From positions 1,240,001-1,304,000 of the forward strand of contig OZ287087.1 of NCBI GenBank assembly GCA_965645245.1: DNA of 64,000 nucleotides. Direction: 5' to 3'. Source of the DNA: Massalongia carnosa (Eukaryota). Numbering within the stretch: the stretch's first letter is position 1; each line of letters starts with the position of its first letter. The translations under genes and the position numbers were made by a program. The notes beneath the pieces were generated by a model. The model had not been told where the DNA came from. It worked only from the letters and a program-made list of their open reading frames with translations, and did not search any database. Shown here in pieces: positions 13,120 through 24,904 of the stretch.

Positions 13120-14958
13120 GATGTGAAAATGATTGAATTGCGTCACGATTCCTATATTGCAATAATATCATAATTTTGAATTTTTTTGTCTGTTAAGAAA
13201 GATATCATAATACTCATTCTGTCATTTCTGATATTATACTGCAATATAAAAAGAAATTTTGTGTTTTTCATAAAATTTTCATCGTTTCGATTATTGTATT
13301 TGATGTGATCTGCGTTTCTGTCGTTAATGCTACGAAATCTGCACGAAGTCTACTCAGCAATGATTTCGTTAAAGTCATTATCATATTTTCAGGATTCATT
13401 ATATCTATATTAATTCAGATGAATGTGTCTTCTTCTCGATGAAAGCTCGAGAATGTATCGAATTATGACATAGCGCTATGTATTTTTCTTTCCTTGTCGT
13501 TTACTATCTTTCACGTTGACGAGATTTCGTTCGTTTGTGTGATTGTAAATTTCGATTCTCGTTGAAATTGAAATTGAAATGTGAGCGACTGTTATTCGAT
13601 TGCGTAAAAAAAAGCGCGATTTTGCAATGTTATTTCAGTTTTTCGCTTTTCAGCTATTCTGACTTTGCATGCTGTGAATCATGCTTCATGTTTTTTCTCT
13701 TCGCATACGACACAACGACGATACTGTTTTGTTGTTTTCAGATTGCATTCTTTGCTTTGATGTTTATCGACGCAATGATCAAAACGACGAGATTCCGACA
13801 TGATATATCGATATGATCGTATTTTTGACAATTAAATCATTGAATTATGATACAATCACGTGTAAAGCGCTCGCAATTCTTTATTTCGTAACTTTTAATT
13901 AGATTCTCGATGATTAATCGATTAATTATTTCGACGATGACGATCTTTATATGAAGCGTCGAGTACGCTTTTTTTTTTCTGATGATCTTGATTGATCAGA
14001 TTACTTTAACGATTTTCAAATTAAAATGCAGACGTGCGTTAACAATCTGCAGATAAATGATGATTGTTGATTGATTGATCACTTTGATTTCTTTTATTCT
14101 GATTTCATTTGCTCTTACGATGTAGATGCGAGTGTGCATCGCAACTGAAACGATCATCGTGCGAATTCAATCGATCTTTTTCTGCAGAAACTTCTTTGCT
14201 TTCAATGATTCGACGTGTATTTTGATATCGTTTTTAATAATCGCCACATTTTTCTTATTTCTTCAGCTTTTATTTTTAGTGCTTCTATCAACTTCTTGAT
14301 TGACATTAATTTCATTTTTTTCTTGTTCGCATCTTTCGTGATGTGAACGATGATTTCTCGAGCATGTCGCGTTTTTTTTTTAATGTGAATGCTTTGTTTT
14401 TGCGAGTCTGTTGAGGCTTGATGTTTTGATTCTTTAAGAATGCGAGCTCGTTGCGACCCTGCTCTGCGGCAGCAGCGACATAGCTGAGAGAAATGATCTC
14501 GTTCCGCTTTATGCGTGTCAATGATTGTTGAATTGTCTTTAATGTTTCATTTATATTGTTGAGAATTTCTGCAATTTTGTCATCGACGAGGTTTTGCGTT
14601 TGCAAAATTTTCGTTGAATTTTTCAGCAACAGCAACGCCTTCGAGTCACTCACGATGCTCACTCGATCAAGATACTCCTTAATCTTTACGTGCAAACCTT
14701 TCCTCCATTCGCTGTGCGCTCTCGAGAGCGCGTTTAATTGTTCGAGTGTCGTCATTTTTCGTCGACCGTGCTTTGCATCCCTCCTTGAATTGTGATAAAT
14801 TGTTAATTTTACAGAATTATCTGACGAAAAATCTTAAGAAAAGTTTTATTCGATTCAATTTATTTTTCGTAGCGTTCTCGAACGAAACAATAGAATAAAT
14901 AGATTTTCTATTAATGCGTTGTAGAAGAATGAATTGAGTGATGTACGTGATTCATTAT

Positions 14959-15192
14959 TGTAAGGTAGCTGTCGTCGATTCTTTTCAACCGCTATTAAAC
15001 TAAAATTTATCTACAAAGAAAGAAAAGAATTATTGTGCGCGACTCGCTAGAAATATCTGCGTCGAGTGTCGCGCTAGCCTCGCGCGATCCCGTGATCCCT
15101 CTTTCTATCTCGGCTGGCGCTAAGCCTAACCGGTTACCTCGAACACCTCTAAGGTCAACCTTCTATCTCTATGTCAGGCTAGGACCCTGACA
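14959..15192 (-). repeat. 3' LTR of Gypsy A
   Basis: TG..CA termini; direct repeat of 21113-21346. Confidence 0.95.
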
Positions 15193-15251
15193 CTATCCCC
15201 CCCTTCTATGGGCGAGGTCTCCGAAGCGCTAAGTGGCAGGCGCCCTGTCAG

Positions 15252-18200
15252 CTAGCCTGTTTCTGTCAGGTCTTCTGGTGGTTTCGGCTTATGTGGGTGT
15301 TCGCGATGATATTGAAGGATTTTATCCTTGGAGTTCTTGAAGTCGGTCCATGATTGCCAGTAAGGGTTCGCATTCCATTCGTCCCAGTTGCCGACGAAAG
15401 TTGCTTTGTACTGCACTCCGAATTTCCTTGTTTCGCGGCAGTCTACTATTTCAAGGACTTCCCACTCTTCGTGAGCCTCCTCTTCGTCGTTCTCGACAAT
15501 GGCTATGGGCGGTCCGGGCGGTAAGACTTGACCTGGGAATGGATTGGAAGGTGCTAGATGTAGCTTCCATGGATGAAAGATGGAAGTAAGATCAACGTTC
15601 TTTAACTGATCCGGGATCTCTAGTTCGTAGGCTTTATTGTCGATAATTCTTATTATCTTCCACGGGCCTGCGTTCTTGAAACTTAACGATCTGCTGGGTC
15701 TTTCGAAAGCGAAATGTTTGGCGTTAACATAAACCATGTCCCCGACCTTGTATTCGGGATGAGGTTGGCGGCCTTTGTTTGCATGCCTTGTTTGTTCTTC
15801 CTGAGCCCAGGCTAATTGATCTCGAAGCCAGGTTCGCATGGCTTCCTGTCGTTCTATGATCTTGTCAGCGTGCAGTATCTCCGCTCTTCCTTTTCCTTCA
15901 TATGTGCCTGGTGGTTCGATGCCACAGCGCGGATGAAAGCCATGATCTGCGAAGAATGGGGTCATTCCCGTAGATACATTTACATGATTGTTGGCGGCAA
16001 ACTCTGCGTCCGAGAGATAATCCACCCAGTTGTCTTGTGTGTAACTGACGTACGCTCGGAGGTAGTTCTTCATCACCTTGTTGGCGTTCTCGGTTTGACC
16101 GTCTGTTTCGGGGTGATGTGCGGAAGAGAATTTTATTCTCACCCCGTATCTTTCGCAAACTCTTTTCCATAAGTGAGCGGTTAGTTGACTACCGCGATCG
16201 TTGACTGTTGATATAGGGAATCCGTAAGAGGAGAATAATCTTCTGGACATCGCGTCCATCAGTTCGTCAGTAGAGAGAGATGTTAGTGGTTCGTATAATC
16301 GTCTTTTCGTTAAACGATCTACTATCACCAATATGTGCTGATAGACTCTGTTCCGTCTTCGGCATTCTGGAAGAAATTCAACGAAGTCCAATGATACGTC
16401 CATCCATTTTCTATTCGGGATGGGGAGAGGATTCAACAGTCCCTGCTTCTTGTCTTTGTATGCTTTTGATCTACGACATACTGAGCAGTTCACGGCGTAT
16501 CTCTTGCAGTGCTCCTTCATGTCGAACCAGAAGTAATTTTCTCTCATTATTTGATACATACTTTTGTATCCCGGATGGCCCTGTAATGGTGGTTCGTGAT
16601 GCTTTTGCAGTAAATGCAATTGCAATGACTCGTGATCTGGTACGTATAATCTTCCTTTGACATACAGCTTGTCGTTTTCTAATTTGAGGTCCCCCATGGC
16701 TAGCTTTATCCCTCTTTTTATGAGGTTCAGTGGGAGTTTTCTCAGTTCCTTCTTCTTTGCTGCTATTATGTCTTGAACCGTTTCGTCCTTTTCGTAAGCC
16801 TCTTCTATTAGTTCTTCCAAGGTCTTCGTTATCGAGCTCTCGGTCACGTCGGTCACTGGTGTATGTTCTGCGTTAGGTTCCTCTGATTCTGTTGCGTCTT
16901 CCTCAGTGGCTACGCTTCGATCATCTTGATCGTTATCGTTATCGTCGTCTATCGTGTTTGCGCAGAACACGACCGCTAACGCTTTTCGTATATCGTCATC
17001 TAGTTGATGCTCCTGCAACAACGTTTGAAATTGATGTTGCTCTCTGATATCTTCGAATCCCTTCGGGAGATCTTGAGAGCGTCGGGTCAGCGTGTCCGGT
17101 TTTTCTCCTTGCTTCCCCGGTCGATACATTATCTTGAAATTAAACTCGGAAAGAAATTCAGCCCATCTGGCTTGTCTTCTGTTTAGCTGCTTTGTCGTCA
17201 TAAAATGCTCCAAATTCTTGTGATCGGTGTATACTTTAACGGGTTTGTCAGGAGCAGCACTTGCAACTTCGGGACGCCAGACTTCGAAGCTCTTTACAAT
17301 TGCGAGGAGCTCCTTATCGTAAATCATATAGTTACACTCGGCAGGGGTCATCTTTTTGGAGAAATAAGCCACTGGTTTCAGTACTCCGTCGTGCATTTGA
17401 GAGAGTACTCCGGCGCTAACGAAATCTGAAGAGTCAGTCTCGACCCACGTTTCCAGGGCCGGGTCGTAATGTGCTAAAACGGGAGCGGTGGTGAATGCAT
17501 TCTTTAAATCTTCGAAGGCTTTCTGACAATCTTCGGACCAAACGAACGAGTTATACTTGGTTCGTTTCTTTCCTGATTTAGTTGTTATTTGTTCACCCTT
17601 CGTTAACTCTGTTAATGGTCTCGTTCGTTGCGAAAACCTCGATATAAATCGTCGATAAAAATTCGCAAAGCCTAAGAATGCTTGCACGTCTTTGACGGAT
17701 CCTGGGGTCTCCCATTTTAGAATCGCCTCGATTTTCTCCGGGTCCATTTTTATCCCCTCGGTGGTGACTATCAGTCCAAGATACTTTACCTTCGTTACGG
17801 AGAATTCGCATTTGTCTATATCCACTTGCAGTCCTTTCTCTTTCAATCGAGTTAGGACTATTAACACTTGTTCGGAATGCTCTTCTTCGTTTTCGCTGTA
17901 AATCAAGACATCGTCTAAATACGCCGTGCAGAAAACGTCTAAATATTCTCTGACTGTGTCGTTGATGAAGCTTTGAAAAGTCCCTGGAGCGTTGCAGAGA
18001 CCGAATGGCATCACCAGATATTCGAACTGACCATATCTGGTATTGAAAGCTGTGAGCCACTCATGGCCTTCTTTCATTCTCATACGATTGAACGCGCTAA
18101 TCACATCCAGTTTCGTGAACTTCTTGGCTTGCGACAGTTTTCCCAATGTCTCATTTATCAACGGTATTGGATACCTGTTCTTGATGGTGATGGAGTTCAA

Positions 18201-19265
18201 GGCTCTATAATCTACGCAGAATCTTAGGCCACCCCCTGGTTTCCTAACTAGAAGAACGGGGGCTGCTGCGCTTGAAGAGCTAGGACGGATGAAACCTTTT
18301 TCCAGATGTTCATCGATGTATTTTTTAACTGCTTCCAGTTCTTGTTCTGACATGGGCTTGTAGTTCCTCACGTACGGAGCCTCTTTTCCTGCTTCGAGGA
18401 TTATCTGGTGATCCTCCTTTCGATGTTCGGGCAGTTCGTCTGCCTTGTGCTTCATGAAGACATCTATTACGCTGTGATAAGCTGCTGGGACTCTCTTCAA
18501 CAACTCCTCTCGGGTGTATTCCGGTTTTCCCTTCATGAACTTGTCGTAATCTCCCGATGTCACTGCTCCGGTGATAGTTGCGCATAAGGCCTTCTTTGTT
18601 TCTCGAGGAACCCATAGGTAACCCTCGTGATCCTTCTTTCTGACCATTCGAAAGAAGTGTTTTGCGTTGACTGGGAGAACTTCGATATCTTCTTTAGGCT
18701 CGGTCCTATTCTTAACCCTGCCTCCCACAGCGAATTCGGTGCAACTTATCCCTCGTGTAAGACATCCCTTTTCGAGGCAATCAGATGAGTTGAACTTCAT
18801 CGTTCTCTCTTTCCAATTGATCATTGGGTTGTGCGTTTGCAGCCATCCATCCCCTAGAATGACTGCGTACGCTTCTAGTTTTGCTAAATAACATAAGACT
18901 TGCTCTTCGTGATCTCCAATTTTCACGTCGATCAAGGCGGCCTTCGAGAGGAGCTGTACTACCTCTCCATTTCCCAAAGTAAGTTTCACCTTCTTATCCA
19001 GTTTGAAGGTGTTCAATTTGTGTTTACGCACAAAGGATTCGTCAATGAGTTCAGCTTCACTTCCATTATCGATCAGTAAACGGGTTTTAATTCCAGCTAT
19101 GCTAGTTTTAAAAACTAAATGCTTGCCCTCGATTTTCTTTTCAGTATCGCGGACAGCACAAGTAGAGACCCTAATCATCTTCATTTCAGTGTCACTGTTC
19201 TCACTAACAACCTCCTTATTTATACGCCCTTGATCGCGATTTTGATCAAGGACTAGACTTTTCCC
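15252..19265 (-). CDS. pol: Pol polyprotein (protease, RT, RNase H, integrase, chromodomain), probably expressed by -1 frameshift
   Basis: LIDNGS protease; LRFCVDYRALN and YLDD RT; ETDSS/YDKELLAIV RNase H; HH..GH..C..C and HPETDGQTE integrase; GPWKI; WEVLEIVD chromodomain; frame open back to the GGGAAAA slippery site at 19259-19265. Confidence 0.95.
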   Translation of the reverse strand, partial: GKSLVLDQNRDQGRINKEVVSENSDTEMKMIRVSTCAVRDTEKKIEGKHLVFKTSIAGIKTRLLIDNGSEAELIDESFVRKHKLNTFKLDKKVKLTLGNGEVVQLLSKAALIDVKIGDHEEQVLCYLAKLEAYAVILGDGWLQTHNPMINWKERTMKFNSSDCLEKGCLTRGISCTEFAVGGRVKNRTEPKEDIEVLPVNAKHFFRMVRKKDHEGYLWVPRETKKALCATITGAVTSGDYDKFMKGKPEYTREELLKRVPAAYHSVIDVFMKHKADELPEHRKEDHQIILEAGKEAPYVRNYKPMSEQELEAVKKYIDEHLEKGFIRPSSSSAAAPVLLVRKPGGGLRFCVDYRALNSITIKNRYPIPLINETLGKLSQAKKFTKLDVISAFNRMRMKEGHEWLTAFNTRYGQFEYLVMPFGLCNAPGTFQSFINDTVREYLDVFCTAYLDDVLIYSENEEEHSEQVLIVLTRLKEKGLQVDIDKCEFSVTKVKYLGLIVTTEGIKMDPEKIEAILKWETPGSVKDVQAFLGFANFYRRFISRFSQRTRPLTELTKGEQITTKSGKKRTKYNSFVWSEDCQKAFEDLKNAFTTAPVLAHYDPALETWVETDSSDFVSAGVLSQMHDGVLKPVAYFSKKMTPAECNYMIYDKELLAIVKSFEVWRPEVASAAPDKPVKVYTDHKNLEHFMTTKQLNRRQARWAEFLSEFNFKIMYRPGKQGEKPDTLTRRSQDLPKGFEDIREQHQFQTLLQEHQLDDDIRKALAVVFCANTIDDDNDNDQDDRSVATEEDATESEEPNAEHTPVTDVTESSITKTLEELIEEAYEKDETVQDIIAAKKKELRKLPLNLIKRGIKLAMGDLKLENDKLYVKGRLYVPDHESLQLHLLQKHHEPPLQGHPGYKSMYQIMRENYFWFDMKEHCKRYAVNCSVCRRSKAYKDKKQGLLNPLPIPNRKWMDVSLDFVEFLPECRRRNRVYQHILVIVDRLTKRRLYEPLTSLSTDELMDAMSRRLFSSYGFPISTVNDRGSQLTAHLWKRVCERYGVRIKFSSAHHPETDGQTENANKVMKNYLRAYVSYTQDNWVDYLSDAEFAANNHVNVSTGMTPFFADHGFHPRCGIEPPGTYEGKGRAEILHADKIIERQEAMRTWLRDQLAWAQEEQTRHANKGRQPHPEYKVGDMVYVNAKHFAFERPSRSLSFKNAGPWKIIRIIDNKAYELEIPDQLKNVDLTSIFHPWKLHLAPSNPFPGQVLPPGPPIAIVENDEEEAHEEWEVLEIVDCRETRKFGVQYKATFVGNWDEWNANPYWQSWTDFKNSKDKILQYHREHPHKPKPPEDLTETG

Positions 19266-20899
19266 GCATCAGATTCCGTTCCTGAATCTGTTTCTACAGT
19301 TCCCATGGTGCTCAGATTCTTGTCCTTGTATTGAGGACAGATGGTATCGTGTCCTCGATGTCCCGATCCCCTACATGCCCAGCATCGGCGTTGGCGGGAG
19401 AGGGACTCACGATCGTCATCCTTCAGCTTCTTTGGGTTCGGGTCTGGATCGTACCACGTGCCTACCCAACCGGCCGGCTTGACTATTGTTGGCGTCAGCT
19501 TCGCGTTTGGCCGATCGTCCGATTTTCTGGAGTTGATCTGGTTGGTGGAGGCTGAGACGGACTTTCCACCGGAGGATTGGTTTGAGGACTGTCCACCGGA
19601 GAAGTTGCTTCGTTGGCCGGAGTTCTTCGTTGCAGCTGGTTTATCGGGGCGGGGAAAGTGATGTGCCACATCTTTGCGGCGGTCTTCGATTCTTCGTGCT
19701 TCGTCAAGTAGAGGGCGGAAATCGGTAAAGACGGAACCCATAAGAGAGCTGGAGATGCTAGGCTTTAACGTCACGAGGAACTTTTCAATTCGCTCGTCAA
19801 CGGGAGTTTTGGCTTTCTGCCATAGCTTGAAGATTCGGTGGTAATACTCGCTGACGCTTTCGCCCCCTTTCATGGTGACGGTGAGGAGTTCTTTCTTGGC
19901 GTCGCGGCTCTGGAGGTGGATGCCCATGTAGTGTTCTATCTCTTCGAACAAAGCATCGGCCGATAGTGAGTCTCCCATATCCGCTACCCAAGAATGCATA
20001 GCCCCGAAGATCGGCGCTTCCATTTGAGACAGCGCGTAACCGACCTTTTCACTCTCGTCGGCGTAGAGGGGTGCGTCTGTCTTCAGTTTGTTGCGGACGG
20101 AGTACGCCCAAGGGCTATACTCCTCCGAGTCTTCACCTTTTAGTGGCTTGCTAGGGTTTATACCACGAGGTCGCCAATTCTGAGGATTGTAGTTAGTGCT
20201 TGAGGTAGCAACGGTGTCTTCCCGTTGCTGACGTGGTGTTTCCTGTGTTTCCGCAAACTGGCGGATCAAGGAGTCTCTGTCTTTCTGTAATCTCTCTTTT
20301 GCTAGAGTCGTTGTCTCCAATTCGATATCTCTATGCGAGAGTTCTTCTTGCGCGAGAAGGGCCTCTCGTTCGGCATCATCCTTTTCTGCGATGAGACGTT
20401 CATTTACTTGCTTGTAACGTCTGTTGATCTTTTTTGCTTCGGCAAGCTTCTCCTGATCGTTCTGCATAGAGATGTATTTTTCGAATAGGGTCTTATCGTA
20501 TTCGAGCGCTCTCGCGAGAAAATCGTACCATCGGGGTCCTTCTTTCTCATCTCGCAAGATGCTCTGCAATTCTTTCAAGTTGTGTGCCACGACGAGAGAC
20601 GGATGCTCCGCTGCATCCTGTTCGTAGTATGGGTGGTTGGAGACGTCTATTGTTTGGAAAATTTCCTTTTCTTTTCCGCGCCCTGCTCTTGAGGTGTTTT
20701 CCCACGTCCCCTCCGTGGTTTCTCTCATTTGCTCGTTCTGCAGTAGCTCGGAGTCTTCGAACGTTCCTGGCATACTGCTATCCGAACGACACGAATGGCG
20801 GGAGGCGGAACGAGCGCGGGTGTTAAATGCTGGACCAGTCTGAGCCTCCGTGGGAGGGGCTCCGACTTTTCTTGCTGTCATGGGCGTTTTTGAGCTCAT
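19253..20899 (-). CDS. gag: Gag of Gypsy A
   Basis: 548-aa ORF with coiled coil, MKGGESVSEYY motif and C-terminal CWACRGSGH..C knuckle. Confidence 0.92.
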   Translation of the reverse strand: MSSKTPMTARKVGAPPTEAQTGPAFNTRARSASRHSCRSDSSMPGTFEDSELLQNEQMRETTEGTWENTSRAGRGKEKEIFQTIDVSNHPYYEQDAAEHPSLVVAHNLKELQSILRDEKEGPRWYDFLARALEYDKTLFEKYISMQNDQEKLAEAKKINRRYKQVNERLIAEKDDAEREALLAQEELSHRDIELETTTLAKERLQKDRDSLIRQFAETQETPRQQREDTVATSSTNYNPQNWRPRGINPSKPLKGEDSEEYSPWAYSVRNKLKTDAPLYADESEKVGYALSQMEAPIFGAMHSWVADMGDSLSADALFEEIEHYMGIHLQSRDAKKELLTVTMKGGESVSEYYHRIFKLWQKAKTPVDERIEKFLVTLKPSISSSLMGSVFTDFRPLLDEARRIEDRRKDVAHHFPRPDKPAATKNSGQRSNFSGGQSSNQSSGGKSVSASTNQINSRKSDDRPNAKLTPTIVKPAGWVGTWYDPDPNPKKLKDDDRESLSRQRRCWACRGSGHRGHDTICPQYKDKNLSTMGTVETDSGTESDAGKV

Positions 20900-21112
20900 G
20901 ACTGGATACTGGAAGTGGGAAAGCTTGATTCCCTGGCTCTGAAAATTCTGGAAGTTCTGGAATTTGGATCGGTTTGGATTCGCACAAACGATCAGTCTGG
21001 AAGGTTACTGGAACGGGTCTTCACCCTAACTGGAAGGAAGTTGCTGGAACGGGACCTCGTCCCTACTGGAAGTTCTGGAAGAAAGAATACTGATAGGTAG
21101 GTAGATAAATTG

Positions 21113-21346
21113 TGTAAGGTAGCTGTCGTCGATTCTTTTCAACCGCTATTAAACTAAAATTTATCTACAAAGAAAGAAAAGAATTATTGTGCGCGACTCG
21201 CTAGAAATATCTGCGTCGAGTGTCGCGCTAGCCTCGCGCGATCCCGTGATCCCTCTTTCTATCTCGGCTGGCGCTAAGCCTAACCGGTTACCTCGAACAC
21301 CTCTAAGGTCAACCTTCTATCTCTATGTCAGGCTAGGACCCTGACA
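21113..21346 (-). repeat. 5' LTR of Gypsy A
   Basis: Direct repeat of 14959-15192; followed by a self-complementary PBS at 21101-21111. Confidence 0.95.
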
Positions 21347-21430
21347 ATTATAACTGAGGATGCAGAAGAACAGAACAAAAGATAGAACAAACAGTCTGAT
21401 ATAATAGATGAATTGAATAAATACTGCATG

Positions 21431-21472
21431 CCTCGCGTCTCGTGCCTCGTGCCTCGTGTCTCGTGTCTCGCG
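21431..21472. repeat. 7-bp tandem repeat (YCTCGYG)x6, possibly the 5' end of the hypermutated LINE
   Basis: cctcgcg tctcgtg cctcgtg cctcgtg tctcgtg tctcgcg. Confidence 0.7.
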
Positions 21473-24400
21473 ATTTCAATTGCTTTATATGAGCAGTATG
21501 TGTAGCTATGTTACTGTGTATTGATGATGCTCTATGAAAAAGATTACCACTTTATGTATGAAATAACTCCGTCATCTGACGCCTTAATCGAGGCACTCGT
21601 AAAGGTAACATCGAACAAATCTTGTTTCGATTCTTCCTTGCGGTCTAGACATTTTTGAGCGATCATTGCTTCATTTTTTTACCTAATTTCTCTTCAGCTT
21701 TAAGTGTCGATTCATGAAACTTATCATTTTGTTTTTTCATCACGAATTATTCTCATTATCATTTATTTTATCGTTCGCTTCATTTCGATATTCGCAAACT
21801 TAAATTCTTTCTCGTTCAACTCAGATCTCGATGTTATGTCGACGTCGTCAGATATGTGTGACATGAACATATCATGAGACTCGCGTTTGAATTGAAAGTA
21901 AAAGTTAGTTTCAAAGATTGCTTTTTTTGTTTTCTTGATATGTTGAAACATGATTATGATTTTTCGAAAAACTCGAATTCTTCATTCTTTTATTGTTTTC
22001 GTCAATTGATTTACATTTTTTTCGATATACATGTTTCGTTCGATCATGACAGCAGATGTATTTCAATTTTTTTTTTCGATAAGCGCATCTGATAATAAGT
22101 TTAATTCAATAAGTTCAACGACAACAGGAAATTTATACGAAATGACATCATATCGATTGATTAATCTCGATGACGACGTTTTAACTGTCATCAAGTCTCG
22201 ATGCGCTGCTGCAATTTCTGATCATGATCTCGCTTTTAAATTCTTCAGGATCTCGTGATCATTCATAATCGTTAAAAATCAAGATAATATAATGCGACGA
22301 TTTATGATAAACGAATTCTGTCTCATATGAAATAAATGAAATAAAATTATTCGAACGTCGTTTTTTTTGCATGATATCGATATTCACGTTGAACGAAAGT
22401 CACGTGCATCATTTTTGATAATCATTCGATTCGTGATTCGATGAACGAACGCGTCTGATGCTAAATCTTTTTCAGTAATTCGTTCTTATCACGATCACAG
22501 TTTTCGTTTCATTTTAAGCAATATAATGATGCAGTTATCATGATTCTCATAGTCTATGAATAAAAAATCTTGAATTATCGCTGCTTTTTTATCGGTAATT
22601 AAAAATTGTGAAATGTTCTGATCTATGTTTCGAAAGACTGTTTTGTTCTCAGATTAAGCGTATTTTGCATAATACGAATATATCATCAATCTTTAGTGCT
22701 CATCGAGACGAAATTCAATAATAACGATAGTAACACGAATTCTTTCGCATCAATTGCTGATTCAAGAAATGTATCATGTTTCTCAATCATTCATAAATTT
22801 TTTTTTGATTATTCGTCGAAGATAATGTTGATACATTTCATATTTCTCATTGACGATATCAATAACGCGCTTCTCAGAATAAAAAGAATCGATAATTTGT
22901 ATTCATCATCAAATGTATAAAATCTTGATCATAATATTATCGATTTCACGTTATTCATTCAACAATTTCTTTTTTATTTGAATTGTTCTCGAGTTAATTT
23001 GGTACGTGAAAGAATTGATATGAAAGAATCGATTTGAGTTCAAAATGATCTTCTTTCTGACAAATCACGCAATAGCTCGAAATCAGTTGTATGTCTGAAA
23101 ATTCGTCTTAAGTCGTTTCAAATTAGTTTTATTTTGATGAACGTGATTTAATCGAGCTCGCAAATTCTTATCGTTTAATATTTTCATCATCATATACAGT
23201 TTGAATGTCATTCACTTGTTATACGCATAGCATGATTGAAAGCAAATCTTTTATCTTGTCAGATTTCTTAATACAATTATTAACGATAATGCTTTTGATT
23301 TTGAAATCTTCTTCTTTCATGTTCGAATCACGTCATTGAAAAAATTGCACTTTTGTTAAATTTTTCTAATTTTGATAAAGACACGATTAGATTTCTTTTT
23401 TTTCTTTTCAAGCGCATCATTGAATTTTGATTTCGATTTCGATTCGAATCGCTTAATGTCTTTAATCAATGATTGATTTTTCGACTGCTCGTCTGAATTA
23501 ATTTTTGCGAGTGTTGTTTAAATAATCGTTAGAACTTGCTAATTTAACAGATCGAGTCTGATAAATAAAAGGAATGAATTATTTCTCGAATGTGCTGTGA
23601 GCGCAACTGAACTTGTTGATAAAAAATGCAGCCATATAGTGTCTACTTTTCTCAACATTTGTTCTGATGTAAATTTTCTTATAAACAGTTTCTATTGATC
23701 AATATATAAATGTAACTTGCTCAGCGTCACATTTAATATAGATATATCGTCGAATTGATCAATTATAATAAAATCTTGCACAGTGAGCGTCACACTCGAA
23801 CTCTTTTTTTGGCTCGATCGTGTAAGTTTAATTATTATCGTTTCATTTATTTTAGATAAAGCTTCTTGATAAATCAATTATCGCGTTAATTTTCGAATCT
23901 CAATGAAAATATGATAGAGCATATTTGTTGATAACAACTGATTAGAGTTATGATTTCATTTGATTTCGATAATTCTTCAAGTCTCGATTTCTCGATTTCA
24001 ACTTTTCTTCACTCGATTTACTTGTTCAATCACATCATTTAATTGAACTTTGAATTCGTTTTCTTTCATCATCGTTGTTCAAGCATCATTGATCATAACA
24101 TAATCAAAGAAATTTATTATGTTATCTCTTAACATATGTTGAAATTCAATCAACTGAATAATTATGATTCGCCATTCTATATATCGATCGACTGAAGCTA
24201 GAATTTCAAGAAAAATTAAAACGTCAATCATGCGATTAAAGTAAACATTTTTTAAAACAATAACTGATTGAGATGAAATGTTGATTGAAGATTTGATAAA
24301 GCATAATGATATGATAAAAAAGACAATAAAAATGCTGAGTTATGATTGTGTGAAAAGATATAAGAATTCAGATGTCGATAAAGTCGTTTGAAATTGATTG

Positions 24401-24835
24401 ACAAAATTCCGATGAAAATTTCCATGAATGAAATATTTCGATTAGTGTACTACATTTTGCTGACAATATGAATACAATTACGAGAATTCATTGCTTTAAA
24501 TAATCAATCAAATATGTTAATTTTATCGTCTTCATTGCGTCAACACGTTTGCTAGAAATTATTACTATCATTGATAAATCAAATGAAATCATGAATCGTC
24601 GATAATCATCGTTTCTCTCATGATTAATGTTTGACTCAGTCTCGTTCTTCAAAGATAGATTAATGTTTTGTCGCGCATGAAATGATTTTAGTCGATTTTC
24701 TGCAAAGATTACAGTCAATAAAATGTCGTTCAATTTACAAAGTTTGTAGATACTCTTATCATTAATCTCTTGTTCAATTTTATATGATTCTAGTCATCTG
24801 AACGTTAATTTGCTCGTGTATTAATTGTTTAATTT

Positions 24836-24904
24836 GATTTGATTTGATTATTCTTACGCCGTTGTATCACCGGCCGATGGCCGGCCCATGTTGGAGATGC
24901 TATA
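24836..24904 (-). mobile_element. 69-bp extreme 3' fragment of a LINE
   Basis: CATGGGCCGGCC-ATC-GGCCGGTG stem-loop, TAAGAATAA, (ATCAA)n tail; TSD TAATTGTTTAATTT at 24822-24835 and 24905-24918. Confidence 0.85.

Larger units (their letters stand above)
8272..14900 (-). mobile_element. Hypermutated, probably near full-length Tad1-like LINE; its leader may continue at 21352-21472 beyond Gypsy A
   Basis: Degenerate ORF1 (~13300-14755) and ORF2 (e.g. KVYRSIALFNTLNKV, QMKAKKNRFTKSALKLL); intact 3' stem-loop at 8304-8331 and (ATC)n tail at 8272-8284. Confidence 0.88.
14959..21346 (-). mobile_element. Ty3/Gypsy chromovirus family A, intact full-length
   Basis: 234-bp LTRs 14959-15192 and 21113-21346, identical by eye; TSD ATTAT; PPT at 15193-15205; uninterrupted gag and pol. 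Confidence 0.97.

Noticed and set aside
15350..20843. Antisense and overlapping small ORFs within Gypsy A (similarly in C, D and E)
   Set aside because: No recognisable motifs; expected by chance opposite long coding frames.
21480..21610. 3' LTR of the host Gypsy
   Set aside because: It ends in a plausible GGTAACA, but no partner LTR or clear PPT is visible in the window.
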